Below, piece after piece: positions 1 to 17,959 of a stretch of DNA of 64,000 nt. The translations under genes were made by a program, and so were the position numbers. Source of the DNA: the human T2T-CHM13v2.0 reference genome, Homo sapiens; assembly GCF_009914755.1 (NCBI RefSeq), contig NC_060933.1; one strand, 5' to 3'. Each line of letters starts with the position of its first letter. Position 1 is the first letter of the stretch. Below the pieces are notes generated by a model. It was not told the origin of the DNA. It worked only from the letters and a program-made list of their open reading frames with translations, and did no database searches.

Positions 1-1889
1 GAACACTTGAAACAAGTAAGGATGACAACAGATCCATTCCCTTACCTCTCACCCCACATTCCGCCCTTCCCCTTTTATAAAGAAAAATGTCTTCAGTCCT
101 ATCAGTTTCCTTTCACAAACACTCTGCATCATGTATCCTCAGGAGGCCCATCCACTAAAAGGAGAATGAAAGTGTTTACAGATGGTAGAAAGAGATAGGA
201 GAGGACACTACCGCAGTGCCAACACTATCATCCCAGGATCTAGAGACCTAAAGCAGAAGAAATTCTAGTCAACAAAACCCCAGTCATAACTGTAGGGAGG
301 AACTGAAAGTAAATCTTAGAGGTAAAGAATGAAGAAGACAAAAGATTAAAAATTCAGGCACAAGAAATGATTTAGATGGGTAAGAACAAACCACTGCTTT
401 ACAAAGTCAGACTTCATACAATTCAAGTAGACTAGCCTCGTAAATTAAAGAAACTTAACAGAACAAAAAGTAATAAATTCATAAAAAAAAGTTTTAAACC
501 CAAACGGCTAAAAAGATTTGACATGTTCACTAATGGAAGTATAAAATAAGTATCTATAAACCCCATAGGTCCAGCAAAAACAAAATATGGCTAAGCATCC
601 CCATTTTACAATACTGAAAAACATTTCCATTTTATGGTATCACTAATTCATATGGCTGTCGTCTCTACATCCTCAAGGAACTCATAACCAAAAGAATATG
701 GTATATGATTTCATTTTAAATAATTTCATTTTTAAAGTCTGGTGATTGTGTGTTTGGAAAGGGGTGGTGAAGACATGACAAGGAATTACAGGTCAATGTA
801 CATCAGTGGGAATCAGAAGCACAAGGTCTCTGTTCTTTTCATGCAAGAGAGGTATCTATTGTCCTAGGCTTCATATTGCATATGATGTATGTACAATGCC
901 CACAACCGTTTACATTCCATGAAGATCTAATGAACTCCAGTTCTGAGTGGGTTCTTCAAACTCTCTCCATTCAGAGTCCAGACTGGGTACCCAGAACATC
1001 TGGTAGCACAAATCACTGAAGTCTACCAAAGATGGCAATCTTTTTGTTTTATGGTGGATTCCTTTTTTTTAAGTATGTTCACCATGGACAGTATACTCAT
1101 TAAAATATGTACTGAAAGGTATATTTATTCTGTTCAAAGTTCAGCTGAAATGTAGTGGGGGAAAAGCTTTTACTGTTTCTTTATAATTCTTTGACTCTAG
1201 ATAAAAATGGTTCTCACTCTTTAGTTGTGCTTGTAGTGGCTTTAAGTCATTGAAACACCCAGGCATTGAGTAAGAGGTGGCCCTTTTGAATTTGTTGAAG
1301 ATGTGTTTCTCTTCTACCTTGGTCTTTCTCCTAAGCATTAATATCTACAACACTTGAGGTTTTGGCTTTTGTTTAAGCATAAATAATTGAAATACTGTAT
1401 GATACCATGTTAAAAATAAGCCACCACGCCAAGACTGTATTAATAGCACAGTTCAAGTCACTGCTGTAACGTACATGGCACTGCATCTTTCACTAACAAA
1501 CGAAATGTAACCTGAACTTTGTCTTACACATAGCCTTGAAAACAGATATTTCATTACTACCACATATTTTTGTTTTATATCCTGCCAAATGATTAACTAA
1601 GTTTTATTGTAAAAGAACTGTCAATCAGAGCACAGTATAATGATCAGGGTACAATTATTTTTTTTTTTTTTTTACATCTGATATCCACCACTTACAAACT
1701 TAGGCAGGCCAGTTGGCTTCCTGGAAGCTCAGGTTCTTCATAAAGATGAGAATATCAACATTACCTTAGCTGAATTATGTGAATCAAATGTGAAAATGTT
1801 TTATAAACCCTAAAATTCTATTTTTAAAACCATGAAGGAAAGACTGACAGGCTATATTAGATAAATATTAAATATTTCTGCTTGGCGAA

Positions 1890-2870
<981 letters not shown>

Positions 2871-3360
2871 ACTGGTATTATTTAATATTATAAAATTTAA
2901 AACAAATTAAAACATTTTAAACATGTCTATTAGAGCCTAATACTAGAGTGGTGGTGTATGTGTGTGTGCATGTTCATATGGAAGGATGCTTATTAATTTC
3001 TGGGGTGACTGAGTTATAAAACTTAAACGTATTACTTTTGTAATTTAAAAAAAACTTCAAGAAAAAAATAAATAATTAAGAACAAATGAAACTGATCAGA
3101 CCCAGTATTGGAAAGAATATATGCAAATACAAACATATGCAAATAATAAAAAATTGCAATTGCAATACCTTTTCTTCAAACACAAAAAAATTAATCTACC
3201 AAGAAATTTTAAGTATAACACAATGAGTTACAAGCTGGAATCTTTACAGTACAATTCCTTCTCTCAAACTATTACCAGAAGTAAAAGCAACAGTGAATTA
3301 CATTATAAGATGGTAGAAAAGGCGTTATGCTATGAAGCATCATTAAATGTATCACATACA

Positions 3361-3447
3361 TTGGGAGGCTGAGGCAGGAGGACAGCTAGAGCCCAGGATT
3401 TCATGGCCTATGACAGAGCCTATGAATAGCCACTGTACTCCAGCCTC
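3361..3447 (+). mobile_element. Degenerate Alu monomer (FRAM/FLAM) fragment
   Basis: 'ttgggaggctgaggcaggagg...cactgtactccagcct'. Confidence 0.7.
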
Positions 3448-3493
3448 ACAACATAGTCCCTAAGAAAATATGTAAGATTTTTTTTTAAATGCA

Positions 3494-3568
3494 TCACATA
3501 CAGATACACAGACATCACAGATACACATACATACATACATATGCGCACACACATGCACACACACACAC
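3494..3568. repeat. Imperfect (CA)n/(TACA)n microsatellite
   Basis: Seen directly. Confidence 0.8.
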
Positions 3569-4162
3569 CTCTGCCTCTCCTTCCTCTTCAGCAAGTAAAG
3601 CTTAGAAGAGGAACACCTATAAGTGCTCATACTGAAGGCAGAGAAGGGCAACAGTAGCCACAGCAGACATTAATAATCTATCACAGCACTCTTCTCTGTG
3701 GAGCAGAGAGCAGCCTCAGAATTGCATTACCAGTACAGAGTTCTAAAATAGAAGAAGCCCATCCCTGAGTAGGAGAGGCATAAAGCCTAGTTGACCTTGC
3801 TGGAGCAATAAAAAGAAAAAAGCCCCCAAGTCTGAGCTGAAGATGAGACACAGACCTCTTCATGCACTTAACCTAGCACTACAAGAGCAAGCTTTCAAAA
3901 GTATTCCTTTAATAAATACTAACCTAAAATACTCATTCTTGATATGCCTCCAAGAAAGGCTGCAATGGTGCTGTTTTACGGACTGTGGAACAACAGATGT
4001 CTCCCTATCTGGCTCCTGATCTGAAATTCCATTAGCAATCATATTTTCACTCCACAGTAGATTTTTCTTAGATGTTTAATACAGCAACAGCATGCCACCA
4101 TGAATCAGCAATATCAGATGCCCGCCCACTTTGATAGGTTGGTATGTTCTCCTAACCTTAAA

Positions 4163-4326
4163 ACAGTGGCTCTCAAACTGTGACTCCAGAACTATTAGCA
4201 CCACCTGGGAACCTTTGGAAGTGCAAATTCTCAGGCCCCACCCCAAATTTAATGAATCAGAAACTTTGGGGGAAGAGTCTAGCTTGTTCTGATTCTGATA
4301 ATGGCTATTGTTGCAGAACCACTGCC
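4163..4326. mobile_element. MER5A-like hAT-Charlie non-autonomous DNA transposon
   Basis: Ends 'cagtggctctcaaact' and 'agaaccactg'; core 'gcaaattctcaggccccacccca...aatgaatcagaaact'. Confidence 0.75.
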
Positions 4327-4802
4327 CCTAACTATACATTATAAACAGCATCTATGAGTACAAGTGTTTTTATCCTATACACCCCCTAAGTTTAATAGTT
4401 AAAAATGCTGTTTCACTAGCATGCCATGTTATGTCATTAAGCAAAGTTCATTTATTGTTTTTGGTTTTTTAATGCAGCTGATTTTATTTTCAAGAAACTT
4501 TGTTCCCAGAAGTCAGTAACTGAAGTTACTAAAATAGCTATGACCATCACCACAACTGCTTCTAACTATACTGCCACAAAGCACAGTACATGACTAAACG
4601 CATCTCCACACTAAGCATGCAGTTTGCAGAGCCTGTCTTTTGGTTAGAACTCCTGTTTATGGCATTGCCCATTTTGCAACACAAGCTATAAAGTGACTAA
4701 GTAAATAATACATACATACTCCACGGTATAGGACAATTCAATACAAATGATCAAACATCCACTACACATAAGACACCATATTAAGAACTGTAAGTGAGGC
4801 TC

Positions 4803-5656
4803 TGTTATATTTCTCTACAATTTGGTTTTGGGGGTATCTCTCTGGAGAGTAGCCATAAATTCTAGTCTTGCCCTGATAGGGCTCTAGGAAATATAGTTGT
4901 AGATATTTACAGTGTACCTTTCATGAGATCCTTCTTCATCCTGGCAGACAGCCTAATGCCTAAGTGTCTGACCTGTGACCAGGTGTCCCTCTCACAGGAA
5001 ACTGGTTTATACTGGCAGGTACCCTTGTGGCCCTTGTCTGACCTGTGTCCAGTTTATTCCTCCCAAGATAGCCACTCTCTGGGAGAGCTCTGACTAAGAG
5101 GAAAATTAGGTCTGGGTCTGTCAGTCCGATGAGACACAGAGGAGGAAATACAACACAAACATGTGAAATACCAGAAGCAACGTACGACAAATTGGTGAGA
5201 GGAGGAGTACCAATGCGGGCGAAAGACAAGATGGCAGGGAAATGCACTCAACCAGCAGATGGGCAGCCAGAGAGAAATGAGCTATGGGCCAAGGCCTTTA
5301 TTGGGGTCCAGGGAACTAACCAAGCAGGTTTCCTGTGGGAAGTTCTAGTTGGTGGGTTTAGAGCAAGCAGGCAAAAGTTCTGTGGAGTCACACTGTGAAT
5401 GAGAGTGGCTACCGTGGCGTATCTGCAGCAGTCCATGCAGGGTACGGGGGGTCAGTCAAGTAGGCTGTATCTGTATGTCCATGAGGGAGGTGGTTGTACA
5501 CGGCAGGTATCTGGCTCGACCACACTGAGGAACCGGGAGGAGGCAGGGAGTGGATAGTGTGTCAAGGATGACTGAGCCCTGCTTCTGTGTGAAACAAGTT
5601 ACACCTAGATTCAGAATAGATGCTGAAGCAACATAAAATTATAAAAATTCACTGTA
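4803..5656 (-). mobile_element. ERVL-class LTR (MER54/MER74-like)
   Basis: 'gcctaatgcctaagtgtctgacctgtgaccaggtgtccctctcacaggaaact...ccaagatagccactctct' matches my recollection of this LTR group; subfamily and strand tentative. Confidence 0.6.
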
Positions 5657-7680
<2,024 letters not shown>

Positions 7681-9339
7681 AAATTGAGTCAATATATATT
7701 CCACACCAGAGCAACATCTATTTGCTTTTATACAAGAAAAAGACTCACAAGCAATGTTACTAGACATGTTATATTGTGTGCCATGGGAGCATAACACCTA
7801 ATGACAAAAAAATAAAACACAGAAGCAAAGCCAGTTAAGTAAGAGATATCTAGATGTCAGCCATAAACCCCAGACCCAGCTCCAGGAGTCTGTGACTATG
7901 AACACCAGCACTGCCTCAGATATCTCCTGACTCCGCTAAGGACTCACCAATCCCACCTGTGACCCACATGAAGGAGGAGAAAGTATCCCCATCACATAAG
8001 CTTGGAAACAAATGTTTACACTAAACGGCTCTCTGGTCACAACCAGCACAAACGATATTGTGACTTTTTTTTTCTAATCGCACTCCAATCTGATAGGCAG
8101 CCTCACAAAAATATGTAGAAAAGCACAACACTCTACATGTATACACACTAAAATACTTTAAATTACAGTTAATCACAGAGCTAGAGCTTCTACAGTCTTA
8201 CTACTCTCATTTCTTGACTTACCTCCAAAACTTTCATTACCTGTCAGGTCCCCCTTGTTATTCCTCATTTTCTATGTCTCAGGAATGCTATTGATGCTAT
8301 TGTATTAAATAACTGTCATGCCAAAGGCACATAATACTATAAAGTTTATTTGCAATGTTGAGCAGAAACATCTATTTCTTTTTTATATCAAAGCTTATTA
8401 GAATGCTCTATCATCTATGGAGTGTACAGAATCATTTCCAGATACTCTTGAACCAAAAAAGAATCTGAGCCTCTCCTAACAAGTAGTTACAACAATGTAG
8501 AAAGATTACATGGGAATGTTAAATTGGTAACACATTTTACCTCAACTCTGTTTCCAAATATATTTTCAGTAAGTTCAATGGGCAGGCTAAAAGGTAAAAT
8601 CTGTCCCTAGAAGGTATATTATTTTTACAACAGGATGAGATAATTTAAAATGTATTATAATAAATCCAACTCATGCATTTTAAGCATCTACTCAATTTTC
8701 AGTAATATGCTAGAAATTTTCAGTAATATGCTGGAAACTGCTATGCAGTTTAAGGATAAATGTTTTACTTTATTAATTAGCTATAGGAAATAATATACTT
8801 ACGCAGTTTTTGTATTTTTTAAAAATAGTCTAATTCCATTTTGTTCAATAAGCATTGATTTACTGTCCAGGTGCTAGTATAGGTTGTTTCAGACTTCAAG
8901 GAGCTCTTAGCCTAGTATTATATAATATTTACTGTGTATTATAATGTCATTGGAATTTTGGAAAATTTCCTCAGAAAAACAGAAAAGGAAAAGCTATATT
9001 GAGATTTTTACAAGGTATTGGCCAACAGTTTCTACCTACTGTAGAGGGCTACAAAACCAACATCAAAAAAGAACAACACAAATCTCATAGCTCTATCCAC
9101 TGAGAGGGACCAGAAGGAGTGGCATCCCAGTAACAATGAACACAAATGGCACCCAGATTGAGGTTTCTAAATACAATCCCCCAATAAAAGGAACCAAGGT
9201 TTTTTAGGGTCAGCCTAGTGACAGAGTGAGACTCTGTCTCAAAAAAAAAAAAAAGAAAATTGGTTGAACCCAAGATAAGGGCAGTGAAAATACAAGGTGT
9301 GCCTAGATCATCCTGTGGGGTCAGAAAATAAAGAAGCAG

Positions 9340-9662
9340 GGCCAGGCGCAGTGGCTCACGCCTATTATCCCAGCACTTTGTGAGGCTGAGGCAGATGGAT
9401 CACTTAAGGTCAAGAGTTTGAGACCAACCTGGCCAACATGGTGAAACCTCATCTCTACTAAAAATACAAAATAAGCCGGGTGTGCTGGTGTGGTGCCTGT
9501 AATACCAGCTACTTGGGAAGCTGAGGCAGAAAAATTGCTTGAACCTGGAAGACGGAGGTTGCAGTGAAGCCAAGATCCTGCCACTGCATTGCAGCCTGGG
9601 AGACAAGAGCAAAACTCTGTCTCAGGAAAAAAAAAAGAAAAAAGCGAGAAATCAAATAAAAC
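9340..9662 (+). mobile_element. AluS SINE
   Basis: Full Alu; TSD AAAATA(A/G)AGAAGCAG on both sides. Confidence 0.93.
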
Positions 9663-9842
9663 AAAATAGAGAAGCAGATGGCAAAAGAGATGAAGACTTG
9701 TCAGAAGGCATAGAAGGCAACTCACAAGAAATTACACTGGCCAAAGTTGGCGTAATTTAAACAATAAAATGAGCAATAATAGTATAACCAAAAGAATAAA
9801 TATTCATGAAGCATAGTGCTATGAATGAATGAATGAATGGTA

Positions 9843-10159
9843 GGCTGAGCGCTGTGGCTCACGCCTATAATCCTAGCACTTTGGGAGGTGGAGGCAGAGG
9901 CAGGCGGATCACCTGAGGTCAGGAGTTCGCAACCAGCCTGGCCAACATGGTGAAACCTCATATCTACTAAAAATAAAAAATTAGCCGGGCGTGGTGGCAC
10001 GCGCCTGTAATCCCAGCTACTCAGGAGGCTGAGGCAGGAGAAATCACTTGAACCCAGGAGGCAGAGGTTGCAGTGAGCCAAGATCGCGCCATTGCACTCC
10101 AACCTGGGCAAGAGAGCAAAAACTCCGTCTCAAAACAAACAAACAAACAAACAAAAAAA
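9843..10159 (+). mobile_element. AluS (Sx/Sq-like) SINE with (AAAC)n tail
   Basis: Full dimeric Alu. Confidence 0.93.
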
Positions 10160-11333
10160 GGCAACTTTTCCTTACAGAAAAATTATAATTAACAAATGCA
10201 GAAGAAAATAAGAGAAACAGAAAAACACCATTAGAACATTACAGTGGTAACTGCTCCAGGCAAAATGCAAGAATGGAAACAAAAATAAGTGGGCAAAATT
10301 TTAAGCACAAACAAGATATCACGCAATCTCAAAGTATCTCTCCCAAGACACTTAGTAATCATAAAGATAAAATAAAATTTTATAGTGAAGGATCCTAACA
10401 GATACCACCTTAAACAAGTGAACAAGGTTAACACCAGTAATACATACTGATATCATGTACCATGTACCCCTGAGGTGATGGAATGAATGAGAAGGGCTTA
10501 TCGAATGTATGGAGTCCTTCTCAATAATGTAACCACAGTCTAATCACGAGAAAACATCAGACAAACCCCAAATCAAGGGACATTCTACAAAATACCTGAA
10601 AAAGAATTTTCAAAAATATCAAGGTCATGAAAGACAAAGACAGACTGAGCAACTCACAGATAAAGGAGACTAAAGAAACATGACAACTAACTGCAATGTG
10701 GGATCCTGGTTTGGATCCTGATTTTGCTGACCCTGCAATACTCTTTAAATTAACTAATGCTTTCATTAATTAACAATGAGTTAATTCTTCCTTCCTATAA
10801 AAGGTAAAAAAGGAATAGTGTTTTTAAATCATTAAATAGAAAAAAGTTGGAAATACTTATTAAACAGAAGAAATTTAGATTACTCTTTAAATTACAGACT
10901 TTTAAAATAAATATTTGCTAAATACAATCAATGTGGTATCCTAGATTAGATCTTGAAACACAAAAAAAAGATATTAGTAGAAAAACTAGACAAATCTGAA
11001 TAAAGTCTGGAAATTAGTTAATAATGGTGTGCCAATATTAGCTTATCAGTTTTTACAAAAGTTTTTACAAAACCCTTAAAGACTTTTAACAATAGAGGAA
11101 ATCGAGTGAGGAGTATACAGGGACACTCTATACTATGAAACTTTTCTGTAGACCTAAATTTATTCCAAGACAAAAAGTTTTTTATTTATATGTCATCACT
11201 TTTAGGTACCTAATGATTGCCAGATGGAAGCATGTCATTATATTAGGCCATATTAAGAGCCATATATAGGCTTTTTTGACTATATGATATACAATGACGT
11301 ACATAGTGAAACTCACAGAATATCACTGAATCT

Positions 11334-12153
11334 CACTTTTCAAAAGAATACATACATGTGGCCAACAATCATATGAAAAAAAGCTCAACATCACTGATCA
11401 TTAGAGAAATACTAATCAAAACCACAGTGAGAAACCATCTCACGTCAGTCAGAATGCCTATTATTAAGAAATCAAAAAATAACAGATGCTGGCAAGGTTG
11501 TGGAGAAAATGAAATGCTTATACACTGTTGGTGGGAGTGTAAATTAGTTCAACCATTGTGGAAGACAGTGTGGTGATTCCTGAAAGAACTAAAAACAGAA
11601 TTACCATTTGACCCAGCAATTTCATTACTAGGTATATACCCAAAGGAATATAAATCATTCTATTATAAAGACACATACATGTATATGTTCACTGCAGCAC
11701 TATTCACAGTAGCAACGACATGGAATCAACCTAAATGCCCATCTATGGTAGACTGGATAAAGAAAATATGGTACATATATGCCATGGAATACTATGTAAC
11801 CATAAAAACGAATGAGATCATGTCCTTTGCAGGGACATGGGTGGAGCTGGAGGCCATTATCTTTAGGAAACTTAACACAGGAACAGAAAGCCAAATACCA
11901 CATGTTCTCACTTATAAGTGGGAGCTAAATGATGAGAACACATGGACACATAGAGGGGAACAACACACACTGGGGCCTGTTGGAGGGTGGAGAGTGAAAG
12001 GAGGGAGAGGATCAGAAAAAATAACTAATGGGTACTAGGCTTATACCTGGGTGATGAAATAATCTGTACAACAAACCTCTATGACACAAGTTTACCTACA
12101 TAACAAATCTGCACATGGACCCCTGAACTTAAAAGTCAAATTAAAAAAAAAAA
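11334..12153 (+). mobile_element. 5'-truncated older primate L1PA, ORF2 C-terminus plus 3'UTR
   Basis: ORFs 11358 and 11679 give L1 ORF2 C-terminal peptides (…[13 protein letters not shown]; …WNQPKCPSMVDWIKKIW); poly-A; TSD AGAATATCACTGA(A/G)TCTCA at about 11317 and 12153. Confidence 0.92.
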
Positions 12154-12289
12154 GAATATCACTGAGTCTCAATTGGAATAAATTGAGACAGTCACATAAA
12201 CAGCTCACAAATCCTATCAATGAAAAAGCACTTATTTCGAGTTACTTTGTACCAGCTAAGTTCCATCCTAAATGCTGTGAAAAGTGATT

Positions 12290-12700
12290 TCCTTCATGTA
12301 ACTTAAAGTCCAGCAAAATAGGAAGGCATATAAATAAAAAATAATGTGAAAAATAATACAAGAAAATGAATAGAGACTAATATGAATAACACCGCAATAA
12401 AAACACACAAGGGTTAGGCACACAACAAAAATGGTTGACTGGGAGACAGTACAGACTTCCCTAGAGACAGAGAGATGGTTGAACTGAGTCTTCAATTAGG
12501 AGCACAAGTTAGCCAATCCTAAGAAAAAGGGGACGTTCTCAGAAAGGAGGATAACATCTTAAAGGCACAGGGACAGGAAAATCCAAGGAACATTTGGGAA
12601 TAGCAGAGTGTTAGAAGAGAATGCTGGCCATGGCCACGGCTGCAGAAAAAGCCAGAGACGCAGCAACTGTCCTAAAGCTGAGGGAAGACTAAGAGTGGGA
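12290..12700 (-). mobile_element. Degenerate L2 fragment
   Basis: 'gacttccctagagacagagagatggttgaactgagtctt...aaggcacag'. Confidence 0.45.
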
Positions 12701-12845
12701 GAAGCAGGACATGTAGAATAGTGGAAAAGGCAGGATTTCTTCTAAGACAAAAGAGTTGTAGACAGGCTGAGGATGTGGAAGAATTCACAGAACCTTTGAA
12801 ATAATTTTTTTTAATTTAAATGAGTTGCACAGCTAAGCTGTAAAC

Positions 12846-13163
<318 letters not shown>

Positions 13164-13232
13164 TAAACTTTAAACCAAATCAATTGAGAATTTGTTCCTC
13201 AAAAAAAGAGTCTCCTGCTCACTCTCTCTCGC

Positions 13233-13233
<1 letters not shown>

Positions 13234-13269
<36 letters not shown>
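13234..13269. repeat. (TG)n microsatellite
   Basis: Seen directly. Confidence 0.9.
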
Positions 13270-14569
13270 AAATGAGAGAAAATGGATGTGAAATGAGTTC
13301 AAAACCCTCAAGAAAACAGAAGAAGAAACCATTTAACTGTAACTCAAACTCAAGCCTCTATGGTGGCTTTTGATTCATTACCACATTACAGTAACTATCA
13401 TAAAAGCAAAGTTTAAACTGACAAAGAATGTTGGATATAGATGCTCTAAGCAGGAAGAAATGGTAAGAAAATGTGTTCTCAAGTAATGCATGAAAAAGAA
13501 AATTCAGTGCTTTCTGTTCTTTAAATAGGTATTGAATCCTGGATTTAATGGAGAAAAATCCCTTATTGTTCGTGATGCCATAAGCAATTAAGACCAGCTA
13601 GAACTCATTAATTGCTGAAAAAATAGCCGTAATATTCTCATTCTATTTATCCAATGCAGCTTAGTATTCAAGGTTAACAGCAGTCTAAAAGAGGAGGAAA
13701 GAATGAAGAAGAAAACAAGAAATGTAATAGGAACTAAAGGGAGACAGCACGTGATATTAAAAGGGAAAATTATAATTAAGTTTTGACTGTCACAGTTTTT
13801 TTTTTTTTAACACTCTGAAATATGTGGTGGAAACTTTCCTCATTAAACTGAATGTAAAAATGTAGAAACACATTTATTTCTAGAGCCCAGAAACAAGTTT
13901 TGATACAAAAAAAAAATTATTTAAAGAAAGATTCCCACTACCAGCACTAAACTGTTCATGTTTTTAAAGTACTACTGTAGTACAGAAACAAGTTCCATAG
14001 AGAAGACTGTTAGGTAGTTTCCATTCCAAATAAGACAGCCAAAGTCATCCCTTCCAGCTTTGAAAGTGACCAAAAAAAAAAAAAAGAATTTTAAAAATTA
14101 AAATAGTTCTGTGCTGTATTTAAATGATAAATTGGATATTAAAGCTTAAACATTATTTGAAAGAAAGCAATTAACATATTTTAAAATTAGCTTTTCCTCT
14201 TCAAAATAATGATATAATCATTCTGGACCAAAACAGTAATTATATCTTCTCTTAGATATAATCTCTTAGAACATATAATTATTGCCTGTCAATTTTTTAC
14301 TACCCTTTTGAGGTCATATGTGATATTTATTCCCTCTTGTTTCAAATAGGTAAGGAAGAGCTTACTGCCCAGTATGCGCTTGGAGGGGAGGGTGGATACA
14401 GAAATCTGTAGTGTAGTGTAAGAAGAAAGAGTAGAGAAGAAAATAAACAGAATAAAAACAGTTGTTTTTTTCTAAATTGCAAGGGATGCTGTCAAGAGAA
14501 TCAAAAGAAAAGCCACAGACTAGAAGGAAATAAATGACATATTTGATAAAGGATATACAATATACAAAG

Positions 14570-14778
14570 GGCCCAGTGCAGTAGCTAACACCTCTAATCT
14601 CAGCATGTGGTGGTGCGTGCCTGTAGGGCCAGCTACTCTGGAGGCTGAGATAGGAGAATCATCTGAGCTAAAGGAAGTCGAGGCTTCAGTGAGACGTGAT
14701 TGTGCCACTGCACTCCAGCCTGGGCAACAGAGTGAGACCCTGTCTTAAAAAATAAATAAATAAATAAATAAATAAAAA
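14570..14778 (+). mobile_element. AluJ with internal deletion and (TAAA)n tail
   Basis: Left-arm start fused to the right arm. Confidence 0.85.
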
Positions 14779-15472
14779 TAACAACAAAATATATAATGAA
14801 TTCTTAAAACCCAAAAACAAACAACCCAATTCAAAAATGGGCCAAAGACCTTAACAGACAAATCACCAAAGAAGGTATACAAATGGCAAATAAGCACATT
14901 AAAAGATGCTCTACATTATCTGTCATCAAGGAAATGCAAATTAAAACAACGAGCTATTTCTACACACCTATTAGAATAGCCAAATTCCAGAATGCCGATA
15001 ACACTTCATGCTGGTGAGGATATGGAGCAACAGGAACTCTCATTCATTGCTGGTAGAAATGCAAAATGGTATAGCCACTTTGGAAGACATTTGGCAGTTT
15101 CTTATAAAACTAAACATACTCTTACCATATAATCCAGCAAAGGAACTTCTTGGTATTTACTCCAAAGGAGTTGAAAATTTAAGTCCATACAAAAACCTAC
15201 ACATGGATGTTTATATCAGCTTTATTCATAGTTGCCAAAACTTGAAAGCAACCAAGATGTCCTTCAGTAGATGAAGAGATAAACTGTGGTACCTCCACCA
15301 CACAATGGAATATTATTCAGCACTAAAAGGAAATGAGCTATCAAGCCATGAGGAAACTGAAATGCATTTTACTAAATGAAAGAAGCCAGTCTGAAAAGAC
15401 TACATCTGTATGATTCCAACTATATGACATTTAGGATAGGGCAAAATTATAGAGACAGTAAAAAGATCAATG

Positions 15473-15768
15473 GGCCGGATGGGGTGGCTCATGCCTGTAA
15501 TCCCAGCACTTTGGGGGGCTGATGAGGGCAATCGCTTGAGCTCAGGAGTTCAAGACCAGCCTGGGCAACATGGAGAAACCCCATCTCTACAAAAAAAATA
15601 CAAAAATTTGCCAGGCATTGTGGAGTGTGCCTATAGTCCCAGCTACTTAGAAGGCTGAAATGGGAAGTTCGCTTGAGTTCAGGAGGTGGAGGTTACAGTG
15701 AGCCAAGATCATGCCACTGCTCTCCAGCCTAGGCAACAGAGCCAGAACCCATCTCAAAAAAAAAAAAA
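15473..15768 (+). mobile_element. AluJb-like SINE
   Basis: 'cgcttgagctcaggagttcaagaccagcctgggcaacatgg'; flanking repeat AGATCAATGG. Confidence 0.92.
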
Positions 15769-16999
15769 GCCACAGACACACACAGAGAGATCAATGGTTG
15801 TCAGGGGTCAGGGGAAGTGGCAGGGAGAAGGGATGAATAGGTAGAGCACAGTGGATTTTTTGGACAGTGAAACTGCTCTATGTGATTCTATAATGGTGGA
15901 TAGATGTCATTATACACTTATCCTAACCCATAAAGTATACAACAGCAAGAATATACCACTCTGGTAGGGGATGTTGATAATGGACGAAGCTGTGCATGTG
16001 TGGGGTTGGGGGTTACATAGGAAATCTCTGTACCTTCTGCTTGGCTTTGCTGTAAACCTAAAATTCCTCTAAATTTTTAAAAAGTAAGTGTTTTGCTTCT
16101 TAAAATACTATTTGTATCAAGATACAAAATTAAGATCCTTATCTCAGTTCTGGTATAACAATCTCTGCAAAAACTTCTATAAAACTACTGCATAGTACAA
16201 TAGAATATTGAAATGTTTCCACCAGATGAAATGTACTGTAATCAAAATCATCTTCCATACTTTTTAAAGCAGAGAAAAGGAATAACGGTGACTAACGAAA
16301 AATAACTTTTTTTAAAAAAAATGACAGGCTCTCGGGCTCTCATTGTGTTACCAGGTGAACTCAAACTCCTGGGCTCTAGCAATTCTCCCAGAAATAACAT
16401 TTTTAAATAAAAATAGTAAATAAAAATTACTGTGGCACAGGGTAGGTGTCATGAATGACCCACCAAAAGTTTTACCAAATATCTCAAGTGTGATTATCAC
16501 TCATACCTGTTCCCCATTCCCTTCATCCCAGCCCAGCAAATCTCTGAATGAGGTTCCTGCTGGGCACTGCTTGCCTGAAGGTTCCCCAACTCCACACCCC
16601 CTCTACCTTGCTTGTTTTCACAAATGTATTCCCAAAGGAGACAAGAAGTCAAAACTTGTCCTTCCAAAAGGAAAAAGACAAATGCTAAATCCTTGTGAGC
16701 AGCTTCAGTCAGAAGGGAGCAGGAACCCTGTCAGGCTACAGAGGGCGCTACAACATCCTCAGCATTCAGGAAGGCACCTAGTAGCTTGGCCCAGTGAGGG
16801 TAGAGGATAAAGGAGGGGAAAAAGAGGGAAGGGGAAGAAAGGGATGAGAAGTATAAGGAAGGAGACAGGGGAGAGGATATGAACAAGAAAGTAGAATTAA
16901 GAAGAAAGACTAAAAAAAAAAAAAAAAAAAACAGAGGCGTGAAAAAAGTAGCTAGCTCCTCAACATTTATAAGTTCTACAAACAGAAAGACAAATTCAA

Positions 17000-17299
<300 letters not shown>

Positions 17300-17959
17300 G
17301 ACATCTTAGAGTTTTTTACAGTACTGAGGTTTTAAATGAAATCTAAAGCTCTTGTTTTCATTCCTCCTATCAAATGTTAACAGTATCCCCACTACACATG
17401 CTTCTTATTTCATTCATCTGTAAACCATTCCTGTCAACTCTCAAATGTAGGTCTAGTCAGTCCCAAGGTCACTGAGCACACAGGCTTCTCCATTTAATAG
17501 GTTTAGGATACAACCTTGTTGCTGTAAGATTCTTTTCAGCCCTTTTAATGTGTCAGTCCAGGCTTTTAATACCTTTCATCAAACTATTACTTATAACTGG
17601 TCTCACAAGACCGATTGTAGTCTAGGTTGAAGCCTGACCCTCTAAATTTACATGTTGTGACATTCTTTAAGAATTTATTGAAAATTATGGCAAGAACATT
17701 TGTACTGAGACCAAAAAAGCAATACATTTTATAATTTTGGCTATCACTAAGAAAGGCTTGGAGTTTGACAAGGTAGAAAGGGTGGTGGGAAGCATTGCTT
17801 TGGAGAAGATATGTATGTTCAAGATCAGAAAATACTGTAACATTTCATGGAAAAAAATTCCATAAAATACTAGGGTATAAAAATCACGTAAAACCAAAAG
17901 ATGTGTTCATTAGGCACCCATGAGGTGCCAAACACTCTGCTAGCTGACAATAATGAACT

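Larger units (their letters stand above)
9080..11180 (+). mobile_element. L1MC4-like 3' UTR fragment, interrupted by Alus (incl. 3' stub 9210-9255)
   Basis: 'cacccagattgaggtttctaaatac', 'aaacatcagacaaaccccaaatcaagggacattctacaaaatacctg', 'tgcaatgtgggatcctgg'. Confidence 0.7.
14465..16085 (+). mobile_element. L1MC1/L1MB-like 3' fragment with two nested AluJ
   Basis: 'tgctggtgaggatatggagcaacaggaactctcattcattgctgg', 'aagccagtctgaaaagactacat', 'ataatggtggatagatgtcattatac'. Confidence 0.85.
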
